From contig JBHLLF010000016.1 in the NCBI GenBank assembly GCA_048885865.1, positions 1-64,000 of the forward strand: a DNA stretch of 64,000 bases, written 5' to 3'. The DNA comes from Candidatus Hermodarchaeota archaeon. GTDB lineage: Archaea; Asgardarchaeota; Thorarchaeia; Thorarchaeales; Thorarchaeaceae. The notes under the pieces are model-generated. The model had not been told where the DNA came from. It saw nothing but the letters and a program-made list of their open reading frames with translations, and did no database searches. Below are positions 8,897 through 17,304 of the stretch, piece after piece. The position numbers and the translations under genes were made by a program. The number at the start of each line of letters is the position of its first letter. Positions within the stretch are counted from its first letter, which is position 1.

Positions 8897-10689
8897 CTTT
8901 GTTCAACTAGCAATTCGTTAATCCCTTTCTCTACCCTCGTAAGAATCGTTGAAACCTGTTCAAGCTCTTTCTCAATGAGTCTATAGATCTTGGATCTTTC
9001 TTTCTCGAGCTTGGCTAGAGGCTTGTGAAGTGGTATCCAGTTGTAAGCCAAGTCTGGTTGACTCTCATATTTGTCAACATACTCGGGAGTCAGACTTCCC
9101 ACGGGAGTGCCCCTTAATGTCATTATAGCAGCGTTAAGCGCAACATAGTCTTCGATAAGCTCCAATCGTGACAAGTAGTCAACATCATCAGGAGCTGTTA
9201 CCCTCCATAGCCATCCAATCGTGGCATTAATCAGATAAGTAACTGAGCTCAGAAACCGATTTGCCTTCTGAATTAGCTGGTTGTCCCCTTTCTTGACAAT
9301 AGATTTCAGTTTCTTGTTGAACTGAACCTTCTTTGTGCGTATATCTCTGATTCGAAGTAGATGCTGTGTCATGTCAAAAGGACAATATCTCATCCTGCTA
9401 TACTTGGAGATGATATCTTCGAATCTCAATAAGGGAGTGAATATATCAATCGGCATGAGACTTGCATTCGCCAATTGGATGAGTGCATTTTTCATGAAAT
9501 TGGCATAGCGTAAAACTGCCTGGTAGTCTATATGGTCAAGGTCATCTTTCTGAGTCTGATATAGATGACTTGGAAATGTCACTCCGTATATGGTCGGCAC
9601 ACCTGAAATCTCAAAGAACCAGTGATCACTGCCGTATCCGGGAGGATTGTAGAATTCGAAACCTTGGAGTGATTTTTCTGCAGATTCAATGCCCTTAGCA
9701 AAATGCAGCAAATCTGCAGTGGTCCCAATAAATCTCTCAGCAGGCTTTGGAAATCCGACTGAATCAAGACTGAGAAAAGCTGCTACTTTGGAAACGTTTC
9801 GATTCCTTTCCAAATAGGCCCTAGAACCATTGCACCAGTAGTAGAATCCCTCATTGCCACCATTTTCTGCACCAAAGAACAAGAATCGCACACTTCTCTT
9901 CAATGCACCACCATTCTGTACATATTCTTGGAGTAACCGAGCCAGCTCCAGAAAAATAGCTACCGGAGCACAATTATCTGCAGCCCCTGTGAACCAGCTA
10001 TCCATGTGAGTTCCTACAAAGATTTCAGGTTCGGAACTGCTCTGCCCTTCTAGAACAGTTTCTATGTTCATTGACTCCGCAGTAGAGGAAACATCGACGT
10101 CCGCATCAATTTCCAACTCGACCTCACTCTCTTCTAGGAGGTTGAGTAGGTAAACGCCATCTTCCCTTGAGATGCTTATAACAGGAATCTTCAGCAGTCT
10201 ACCGGATTCGACTACCACCACTTTCCGAAGATCTCCTTCGTCAGGAGTTGAGATTAGAACTGCATCTAGTCCTCGTCGTATAGCTTCGTAGTAGGTGCGT
10301 GTAGGAGACGAGTAGAGGTGAGAGCCCCAATCAGACAGCCCTATTGAGGCACCATCATCGTTAGTTCCATTTTCGTCTAGTTGACTTATCTGTGTCAACT
10401 TCCCTATGGCTCTTAGGCTCTGAGAATATGGAAAGAGAGCGGCCTTGATTTCCTTCTCAATTGGTTTCAGAATTTTAATTCTGCAAGAATTGGGATTCCA
10501 GCCACGGATCTCAAAAGTCATAGTTTCTATTTCTTCATAGCCAAACCCGCGAAGACATTCAATAATGTATTCAGAAGCACGATGCTCATTCGGCGATCCG
10601 GCTATCTTATGTCCAATTGAATGTAAGTCAGTCATAGTTGCTCTAATCTTATCGAGTGAAGGATTCTCCACACCATAGCCTCCAAGCAT
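8893..10689 (-). CDS. M28 peptidase homolog with PA domain, paralog A (degenerate Zn site)
   Basis: THMDSW..GAADN, SLD and GSDH motifs, but GAEN and HLYQT. Start at 10689 (ATG) or 10671 (GTG). Confidence 0.85.
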   Translation of the reverse strand: MLGGYGVENPSLDKIRATMTDLHSIGHKIAGSPNEHRASEYIIECLRGFGYEEIETMTFEIRGWNPNSCRIKILKPIEKEIKAALFPYSQSLRAIGKLTQISQLDENGTNDDGASIGLSDWGSHLYSSPTRTYYEAIRRGLDAVLISTPDEGDLRKVVVVESGRLLKIPVISISREDGVYLLNLLEESEVELEIDADVDVSSTAESMNIETVLEGQSSSEPEIFVGTHMDSWFTGAADNCAPVAIFLELARLLQEYVQNGGALKRSVRFLFFGAENGGNEGFYYWCNGSRAYLERNRNVSKVAAFLSLDSVGFPKPAERFIGTTADLLHFAKGIESAEKSLQGFEFYNPPGYGSDHWFFEISGVPTIYGVTFPSHLYQTQKDDLDHIDYQAVLRYANFMKNALIQLANASLMPIDIFTPLLRFEDIISKYSRMRYCPFDMTQHLLRIRDIRTKKVQFNKKLKSIVKKGDNQLIQKANRFLSSVTYLINATIGWLWRVTAPDDVDYLSRLELIEDYVALNAAIMTLRGTPVGSLTPEYVDKYESQPDLAYNWIPLHKPLAKLEKERSKIYRLIEKELEQVSTILTRVEKGINELLVEQR

Positions 10690-10691
10690 CA

Positions 10692-11987
10692 CTACAGCTG
10701 CTTGAACTCCTTCTCGAGCAGGCTCAGAACTTTCTGAGATTCTTCCTCGGTCATGCACAGCGGAGGCTGGAGTCGAATAACATTCTTCTTTACTCCGCCT
10801 GTTCCAACCAAGACACCATTCTTCATGAGGTTCTTGGCTACTGACTGTGTTTCATCGACTGCGGGTTCCTTTGTACCTTTGTCCTTCACCAGCTCGATGC
10901 CTATCATGAGGCCCCTTCCTCGAACTTCGCCAATGTGTTTGTTGCCCTCTTGAACCTCCTTTAATTGCTTCATCAGACTGCCGCCAATCTTTTCTGAATT
11001 CTTGACCAGCCCTGCATCCTCAAGATAGTTGAGATTCTCTAGAGCGACAGCGCAGCAAACAGGATTCCCGCCAAAGGTTGAGAAGTGATCACCTGACTCT
11101 AGACAGTCTGCAATCTCGTCTGTAGTGATATAGCCGCCAATCGGCATCCCTGCACCCAATCCCTTTGCCATTGTGATGATATCAGGCTTGATTCCGAACT
11201 CTTCAATTGCAAACATCTTTCCTGTTCTTCCAAAGCCAGTCTGAACTTCATCAGCAATGTAGAGAATATCGTGGTCTTTGCAGATGTTTTGCACCAAGTC
11301 ATGATACTCCTTTGGGGGCACGACTAAGCCGCCCTCACCTATGATTGGCTCAATAATCATAGCTGCAACATCGCCTGTGGTATGATACTTGATGATTTCC
11401 TCGACTCTTCTTGCACATTCAGTGTTACAGTCAGGAAATTCAAGCGGGCATCTATAGCAATACGGCATTGGAGCATGCACAACACCGGGAGCATTGGCAA
11501 AAGTCCCAAAGCCATGCTTGTACTTTGATTGACCAGTCAGCGTTAGTGAGAGGCCAAGTCGGCCATGGAAGGAGCCCTCCAATGCAATGACACCGGCACC
11601 TGTACGGCCCTGAGTCACGCTATACTTCTTGGCAATCTTGACGCCCCCCTCAACAGCCTCGGCACCACTGTTGCAGAAGAATGATTTTGTTAGGCTGTCT
11701 GGTGTGAGACCAGCCAGTTTTTCAGCCAGCAATGTTTGAGGAACATTGTGATAGAGGCCAGAACAGTGAATGAGCTTCGATAATTGCTCCGCCCCTGCTT
11801 TTACAATCCTTTCTGGACTATGACCTGCATTCACAACCGAGATTCCACTAATACAGTCAATATACTCCGTTCCATCAAGATCTCGTACAATGGTGTTTTT
11901 CCCCTCGTAGATGACTATGGGTTTGCGAGCATATGCGGGGACCATGTACTTGGACTCTTTCTCGATTATTTCATCTCTATCTACCAT
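10692..11987 (-). CDS. Class III PLP aminotransferase (GABA/ornithine/putrescine-type)
   Basis: NSGAEAVE, SFHGR, DEVQTGFGRTG, MAKG and HFSTFGGNP motifs. Confidence 0.95.
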   Translation of the reverse strand: MVDRDEIIEKESKYMVPAYARKPIVIYEGKNTIVRDLDGTEYIDCISGISVVNAGHSPERIVKAGAEQLSKLIHCSGLYHNVPQTLLAEKLAGLTPDSLTKSFFCNSGAEAVEGGVKIAKKYSVTQGRTGAGVIALEGSFHGRLGLSLTLTGQSKYKHGFGTFANAPGVVHAPMPYCYRCPLEFPDCNTECARRVEEIIKYHTTGDVAAMIIEPIIGEGGLVVPPKEYHDLVQNICKDHDILYIADEVQTGFGRTGKMFAIEEFGIKPDIITMAKGLGAGMPIGGYITTDEIADCLESGDHFSTFGGNPVCCAVALENLNYLEDAGLVKNSEKIGGSLMKQLKEVQEGNKHIGEVRGRGLMIGIELVKDKGTKEPAVDETQSVAKNLMKNGVLVGTGGVKKNVIRLQPPLCMTEEESQKVLSLLEKEFKQL

Positions 11988-12068
11988 TGAAGAATCTCTC
12001 CATGAAGCTCCGAGTCGAGCTTGAATTCATTATGAATGGGAGCATCTCTGCTCCATTGATTTATGGAA

Positions 12069-12115
12069 TGAACAACCATAAGAAGAGTGCCAACACTGTT
12101 GAACATCAATGAACA
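12069..12115 (-). promoter_or_regulatory. 47-bp four-box operator/promoter upstream of the aminotransferase operon
   Basis: TGTTCA-ttga-TGTTCA-acag-TGTTGG-cactcttcttatggt-TGTTCA on the minus strand. Confidence 0.85.
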
Positions 12116-12144
12116 TTCTCTCTACGCGACTTTTGCTTGAGCTC

Positions 12145-13947
12145 CTAGTTTCCCACCAACTTGCTTAGATCCTCAAATATGCTACGTAACATTGTTGATA
12201 GGTTCTCTAGCTCCATCTCAATCTCTTTACCGATTCTGGCGCGTTCATTCTCTATATTTGCAATAGAGTCATGAATTCTTAGCCAATTGTAGGGATTATC
12301 AGGCTTTGACTCGATTCTTTTTGCAGAATCTAAGTCAAAAGTAGCTACTGGTATATTGCGTATGCTCTTGATGGCATTTGTCAGATGGATATAGTCCTCA
12401 ATCATCTCAAGACGGTAGAGATAGTCAATGCTGTAAGTTTCTATTGGACGCGTATTCCAGCCAATGGTTCGATTAAACCCATTGGCAGCTTTCAAGAGAA
12501 ACTTGTTGATTCCTGCCACATCATCCGGTTCATGCTGTTGGACCATTTTTGTGAAAGAGGATTTGAATTTCATTAGGCTCTTCACTTTGGCAATAATTGG
12601 TTCAAGATTAAATTCGTTTCCTTCCATTTTGTTGTATTTTGAGAGAATTGAGTCGAATCTCTCAAGTGGAACGAAGATATCCATTGGCAGCAAATCTGTG
12701 CTTGAGAGATAGGAAAGAGCCTTTTTCATGAACTCTGCATAGAATTGCAATGCATCATAGTCCAAATGGTCTGGATCATCCTTTGATGTGTGATATAGAT
12801 GACTTGGTTGAGCCATACCATGTTCTGATGGAACTCCTGATACACCATATATGGTTGGGACTCCTGATAATTCAAAGAACCAGTGGTCGCTGCCATAACT
12901 CGGTGGGATTCTATATGTCAAGGATCGAGATCTCCCATGTTCCACATTCAAAGATTTCGCGAATCCCAATAGCTCTCCGGTGGTTTGGAGATAGTCTATT
13001 GATGGGTTGGCATATCCTGTAGAGTCTAGACTCAAGACTGTCACGGTCCTGGAAACTGATTCTTTGTTATCTCTGACATAGGCTCTTGATCCATTTAGCC
13101 AGAAATAGAGGTTGTCGGTTCCACTTTCCTCAGCACCATAGAAAAGGAATCGTATGGTTCTTTTGGGAACTTCGCCTAGCTTTGATTGAGCATGGAAAAT
13201 TCTAGCAAGTTCGAGCACAATGGCTGCAGGAGCACAATTATCAGCTGCTCCTTGGAACCATGAGTCATAATGTGCTCCTATGACAATCTCTTCATTGGTT
13301 GTGCCATCACCCTCAAGAATCGCGACTACATTGAAGGAGTCCAGTTTTTCTGAAACCTCAACTTCCGTATCAATTCTAGCAACCACATCACCCTCGTTCA
13401 TCATTGAGAGCAGAGAATCTCCTTCTTCCTTTGTTATGCAGACAACCGGGATTTTGAGGTGTCTCTCCGGAATGACTACGACTTTCAGTAGGTCACCTTC
13501 ATCCTTTGCTGCTACAATCAAACCTTCATAGCCAAGTTTTGCAGCACGATAGTATGTATACCTTGGACTGAGATAGGTATCTGGTCCCCATTCAGTGAAG
13601 CCAATCAGACCCGTTCCTATTGAGGATGAACTCGGTTCATCTGCATCAATCTCCCAATCAACTGGGGCAAGCTTTCCTTCTACTGACTCAGATTTTCCAT
13701 GCGGAAATAGGGCAGATTCCACCTCCTTTTGAACCGGCTTCGTGATCTTGACACTACAGGATTTTGGTTCCCACCCAATCACATCGAATGGCTGCATCTC
13801 GACCTTCTTAAAACCAAAATCCAAAAGGCGGTCACGAAGATAGCTCGCGGCTTCAACCTCTGCCTTTGTTCCTGCAACCTTCTGTCCGAAGGCGCAAAGT
13901 TGCTCAACAGTATTTCTAATCTCTGAGATTGATGTCCTTTCAACCAT
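12145..13947 (-). CDS. M28 peptidase with PA domain, paralog B (intact Zn ligands)
   Basis: AHYDSW..GAADN, GAEES, SLD, GSDH and HLYHT motifs; helical C-terminal domain; no signal peptide. Confidence 0.9.
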   Translation of the reverse strand: MVERTSISEIRNTVEQLCAFGQKVAGTKAEVEAASYLRDRLLDFGFKKVEMQPFDVIGWEPKSCSVKITKPVQKEVESALFPHGKSESVEGKLAPVDWEIDADEPSSSSIGTGLIGFTEWGPDTYLSPRYTYYRAAKLGYEGLIVAAKDEGDLLKVVVIPERHLKIPVVCITKEEGDSLLSMMNEGDVVARIDTEVEVSEKLDSFNVVAILEGDGTTNEEIVIGAHYDSWFQGAADNCAPAAIVLELARIFHAQSKLGEVPKRTIRFLFYGAEESGTDNLYFWLNGSRAYVRDNKESVSRTVTVLSLDSTGYANPSIDYLQTTGELLGFAKSLNVEHGRSRSLTYRIPPSYGSDHWFFELSGVPTIYGVSGVPSEHGMAQPSHLYHTSKDDPDHLDYDALQFYAEFMKKALSYLSSTDLLPMDIFVPLERFDSILSKYNKMEGNEFNLEPIIAKVKSLMKFKSSFTKMVQQHEPDDVAGINKFLLKAANGFNRTIGWNTRPIETYSIDYLYRLEMIEDYIHLTNAIKSIRNIPVATFDLDSAKRIESKPDNPYNWLRIHDSIANIENERARIGKEIEMELENLSTMLRSIFEDLSKLVGN

Positions 13948-14024
13948 ATACAAATCCCCAGTGACTGATTGATACGATAGTCACACTGAATTGAGTGTGG
14001 GTTCGTACGTGTAACAACATAGTG

Positions 14025-14071
14025 TGAACAATCTAAAGAAAGGTCCCAACATGCATGTTCAACACTGAACA
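14025..14071 (-). promoter_or_regulatory. 47-bp four-box operator/promoter upstream of M28 paralog B
   Basis: TGTTCA-gtgt-TGAACA-tgca-TGTTGG-gacctttctttagat-TGTTCA on the minus strand. Confidence 0.85.
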
Positions 14072-14148
14072 AGAATAGATAGCACCTAAAGAGCCATAAC
14101 CGGTTCTGCATTTAGAGTAGTATTCAGATGAAATGACGAGGCTGCCAA

Positions 14149-15132
14149 ATGAAACGAAATCATGGGCCAATTCTCTTTCTGACTTTGTTTCTTTTAATCA
14201 CATTGGCTTTCGCAGACTCTTCGATTTCATTTGAAAACCAACCCACTGACCTAAATGGCATCAAGGTTGCTGTCTATGAAGGCGTTACTGATGAACAATC
14301 GTCCAGCCTTTCCAGCCGAACTGCGCTATTCTGGATGTTTCGATGGATGAATGCTACGGTTGACGTGGTAACTGCTGCAGACATTAGAAATGACATTCTT
14401 AACGACTATGATATTATTGCTATACCGGGAGGATGGGCATGGGCGTATTTTCAAGACCTTACAAATTCAGGAGTTGTAAGGATTCGAAGTTTTGTTGAGA
14501 ATGGAGGAGCGTTTTTTGGAGTCTGCGCTGGAGCCTACTTTGCTTGTGACAATATCAGATGGGAAGGTGAAAACATTGGTTACTCACTTGACCTCTACCC
14601 GAATCTAGGCATTGGGCCCATTGAGGAAATTGCAGCATGGCCAGGTCACAACATGACGAGGATAAACCTAAACAAGGCTGTCACTGGACCAGATCTATCT
14701 GGAGAGCCAGACTCTCACATCGTAATGTATTACGGTGGGCCATATTTTGAAACTGGTGGAACAGATGGAGTGACTGTTCTCGCAACTTATGATGTTAATG
14801 ATGAGCCAGCTATTATTGCCTATGAATATGGGCAAGGTCGGATAGTTCTCTCAGGTCCGCATGTAGAGTGGGAGGAAGATGCTGATCGAGATGGAGTGGC
14901 ATGGGAGAATGTGTATGATGATGCGGGATCAGAGTGGGACATGATGCTGCAAATCGGGCTTTGGCTTTCCGAAAATGGATTTGAAGCTACAACATCTTAT
15001 ACTACTTCATCATCAACTACTGCAGACTCCAGTCCTACATTACCTCCAATGGAAATCGACCCTGCTCTTGGCCTAGTTGTAATTCTTGCGGTCGTCGTGA
15101 TTGCGATGGTCGTTGATAGACTAAGGAAGTGA
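14149..15132 (+). CDS. Secreted, C-terminally anchored BPL-N (class I glutamine amidotransferase-like) protein
   Basis: Signal peptide; IPGG, GVCAGAY, YYGGPYF and GPHVE motifs; S/T/P linker then TM and RLRK. Confidence 0.82.
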   Translation: MKRNHGPILFLTLFLLITLAFADSSISFENQPTDLNGIKVAVYEGVTDEQSSSLSSRTALFWMFRWMNATVDVVTAADIRNDILNDYDIIAIPGGWAWAYFQDLTNSGVVRIRSFVENGGAFFGVCAGAYFACDNIRWEGENIGYSLDLYPNLGIGPIEEIAAWPGHNMTRINLNKAVTGPDLSGEPDSHIVMYYGGPYFETGGTDGVTVLATYDVNDEPAIIAYEYGQGRIVLSGPHVEWEEDADRDGVAWENVYDDAGSEWDMMLQIGLWLSENGFEATTSYTTSSSTTADSSPTLPPMEIDPALGLVVILAVVVIAMVVDRLRK

Positions 15133-15176
15133 ATGGTTTAGCGCAAGAAATGTGCGAATCCATTCACAGGGACACA

Positions 15177-15233
15177 TGTTCATGACTGGCACGCTATGAA
15201 CAAGAGTGTTCGGTGGATTTTAATTGGTGTACA
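15177..15233 (+). promoter_or_regulatory. Four/five-box operator/promoter upstream of the ABC importer operon
   Basis: TGTTCA-tgac-TGGCAC-gcta-TGAACA-agag-TGTTCG-gtggattttaattgg-TGTACA. Confidence 0.8.
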
Positions 15234-15274
15234 CTAGTACTTTACGAACATCTTTATTTCAGGATGTGACATCT

Positions 15275-17212
15275 GTGAAAAAGAAGAAAGCACTCATGGC
15301 ATTGTCTCTGGCGGTCTTCATGATCTTACCAGTGTTTGCTTTCATACCGACTACTGCAGTAGCGCAGACACCTAAGATTGTCAAGATTGGGATGTTTGAC
15401 GAACCAGACAGCCTTAATCCAGTCATGGCCTCAGAGATTGTTTCATGGTATTTTATTAATTGGATCTTCGATCCTTTGGTTAGATGGGATGACGACTGGG
15501 GAATTCAGCCTTGTCTAGCTGAGAGCTGGGAGTGGGCACCAAATGGCACGCAGTTAGTGATGCATATGGACCCAGATGCAGCTTGGCATGACGGAACTCC
15601 ATTCACGGCACATGACGCAAATTGGACACTCTTTACGTGGACTTGGCTTGGATTCTGGGTAGGCCAGACACCTCGTATCGATCACAGAAACATCAAGGTC
15701 CCAGACGACCACACTCTTGTCCTCAATTTTGTGGATAGTGGTTATGAGAACATATACGAATGGCCCACTGGAACACAACGTGACGTATACAATGGGACGT
15801 CTGTTGCGATTAACAAGGAAGCATTTCTTACAGGACTCACATATGTGCCAATCCTTGCAAAGCATCTATGGGATCCATTGACTTGGAATGATCCATTCTA
15901 TGGAACCGAAGGTTCTTCTGGGTACTTCCAGACCTTTGGTTGGCAAGATTGCATTTGGTGGGGCATGCTTGACCCTGCGTGGCCAACACCGCTGAATGGG
16001 ACTGGAGCATTCATGCTGGACGAATATGTAGTGGGAGAGTACATCAGACTTGATGCCAATCCCGACTACCACTTAGGCGCACCCAAGATTGATGGAATCC
16101 TTTGCACATTCTACGACACTGTAGAAGTAATGACTGAGGCTGTGAAGGCAGGAGATATTGACTTTTGCGAATCTGCACCGGCATTCATAGAGCTTGGAAC
16201 CATACCACCTGAGGTCACCATAAATGAGAACGCTTGGATGGGCTGCGAATTACTCCTTGTGAACCAGTACTACAACTACACAAATGCTCAGGGAGAGTAT
16301 GCCGGTCGTGAAAAGCGCAACGCCCTCCGGCAGCTAGAAGTCAGAAAAGCAATGAATCAGGCCATCGATAAGGCGCAGATAGCTGAAGTTGCATATCTAG
16401 GACACGCGAGTGCAGCCGACTCGCTAATCCATTCTGAGCTCAAGTGGCACAACGACGCGCTTGTCACCTATCCCAAAGGCGTCGCCGCAGCTAGGGCAAC
16501 CCTCGAAGCTGCTGGATGGGTAGAGAATCTAGATGGAGTCTATGAGAAAGACGTAGATGGGACTTTAGAAACACTGTCCTTTTCCATCAAGTATGTGACC
16601 GGTATTCCAACAGACTTCACAATTGTGTCTCTTATTGGTGCGTATCTTGAGGCTGCAGGATTTGATATCAGTACGGTCCCTCTTGAAGAAACAACCTTCA
16701 CAGCAGAAACCGCTACAGACATTTGGGACTTTGACATGGCTCTCACCGCCTACAGTCAGATTGCAGATCCAAACAGCATGATGCAATATATGACAAGCGA
16801 TAGCTGGATTAACCCGAATGCTGTGAATATCACAAGGGTTGATGAGATATACAAAGAACAGCAGTTGACAACTGACGATGCACATCGAGCAGATCTATGT
16901 GATGAGTTCCAGCAGTTAATGTACGATGATTCTAGTGTCATTGTTCTTGTCGAGTTTACTGACATTGAGCTTTACAGAAATGATGCTTGGACTTTCACTA
17001 ACACGGACTGGCAGAGCGGCATCTTGTCAATGTGGAATATCAATTCCTGGCTTGGAGTTGACGTGCCTGTAACACCAACGACAACACCCCCAACTGGGAC
17101 TACAACACCTCAACCTCCACCTCCGCCACTACCTGTGGAACTCCTCCTGGCAGTTGGCGTTGGAGTAGCGGTGCTCGTGGTTGTCATAGTACTTGTAGTA
17201 AGGAAAAGATAG
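15275..17212 (+). CDS. ABC transporter solute-binding protein, family 5 (Opp/Dpp-like), membrane anchored
   Basis: EPDSLNP, LAESWE, WHDGTPFTAHD and NGTGAF motifs; Pro/Thr linker plus C-terminal TM. GTG start at 15275 inferred. Confidence 0.93.
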   Translation: MKKKKALMALSLAVFMILPVFAFIPTTAVAQTPKIVKIGMFDEPDSLNPVMASEIVSWYFINWIFDPLVRWDDDWGIQPCLAESWEWAPNGTQLVMHMDPDAAWHDGTPFTAHDANWTLFTWTWLGFWVGQTPRIDHRNIKVPDDHTLVLNFVDSGYENIYEWPTGTQRDVYNGTSVAINKEAFLTGLTYVPILAKHLWDPLTWNDPFYGTEGSSGYFQTFGWQDCIWWGMLDPAWPTPLNGTGAFMLDEYVVGEYIRLDANPDYHLGAPKIDGILCTFYDTVEVMTEAVKAGDIDFCESAPAFIELGTIPPEVTINENAWMGCELLLVNQYYNYTNAQGEYAGREKRNALRQLEVRKAMNQAIDKAQIAEVAYLGHASAADSLIHSELKWHNDALVTYPKGVAAARATLEAAGWVENLDGVYEKDVDGTLETLSFSIKYVTGIPTDFTIVSLIGAYLEAAGFDISTVPLEETTFTAETATDIWDFDMALTAYSQIADPNSMMQYMTSDSWINPNAVNITRVDEIYKEQQLTTDDAHRADLCDEFQQLMYDDSSVIVLVEFTDIELYRNDAWTFTNTDWQSGILSMWNINSWLGVDVPVTPTTTPPTGTTTPQPPPPPLPVELLLAVGVGVAVLVVVIVLVVRKR

Positions 17213-17241
17213 CATTAAACAAAAAATACGAAACTAGAGAT

Positions 17242-17268
17242 TGAACAGACAGAAATTCTGTCTGTTCA
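17242..17268 (+). terminator. Perfect inverted repeat between the SBP and permease genes (terminator or mRNA-stabilising stem)
   Basis: TGAACAGACAGAA-A-TTCTGTCTGTTCA, followed by TTCCCCATTTTTT. Confidence 0.65.
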
Positions 17269-17304
17269 TTCCCCATTTTTTAAAAGTCACAAAGAACAGA
17301 GTGG

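Noticed and set aside
17065-17135. Low-complexity Pro/Thr repeats (also 40270-40292)
   Set aside because: Ordinary linkers before the C-terminal membrane anchors of archaeal SBPs.
17242-17268. TGAACA/TGTTCA pair (15-nt spacer) as another operator
   Set aside because: It is part of a perfect hairpin followed by a U-tract after the SBP gene and lacks the N4-spaced upstream boxes, so a terminator is the simpler explanation.
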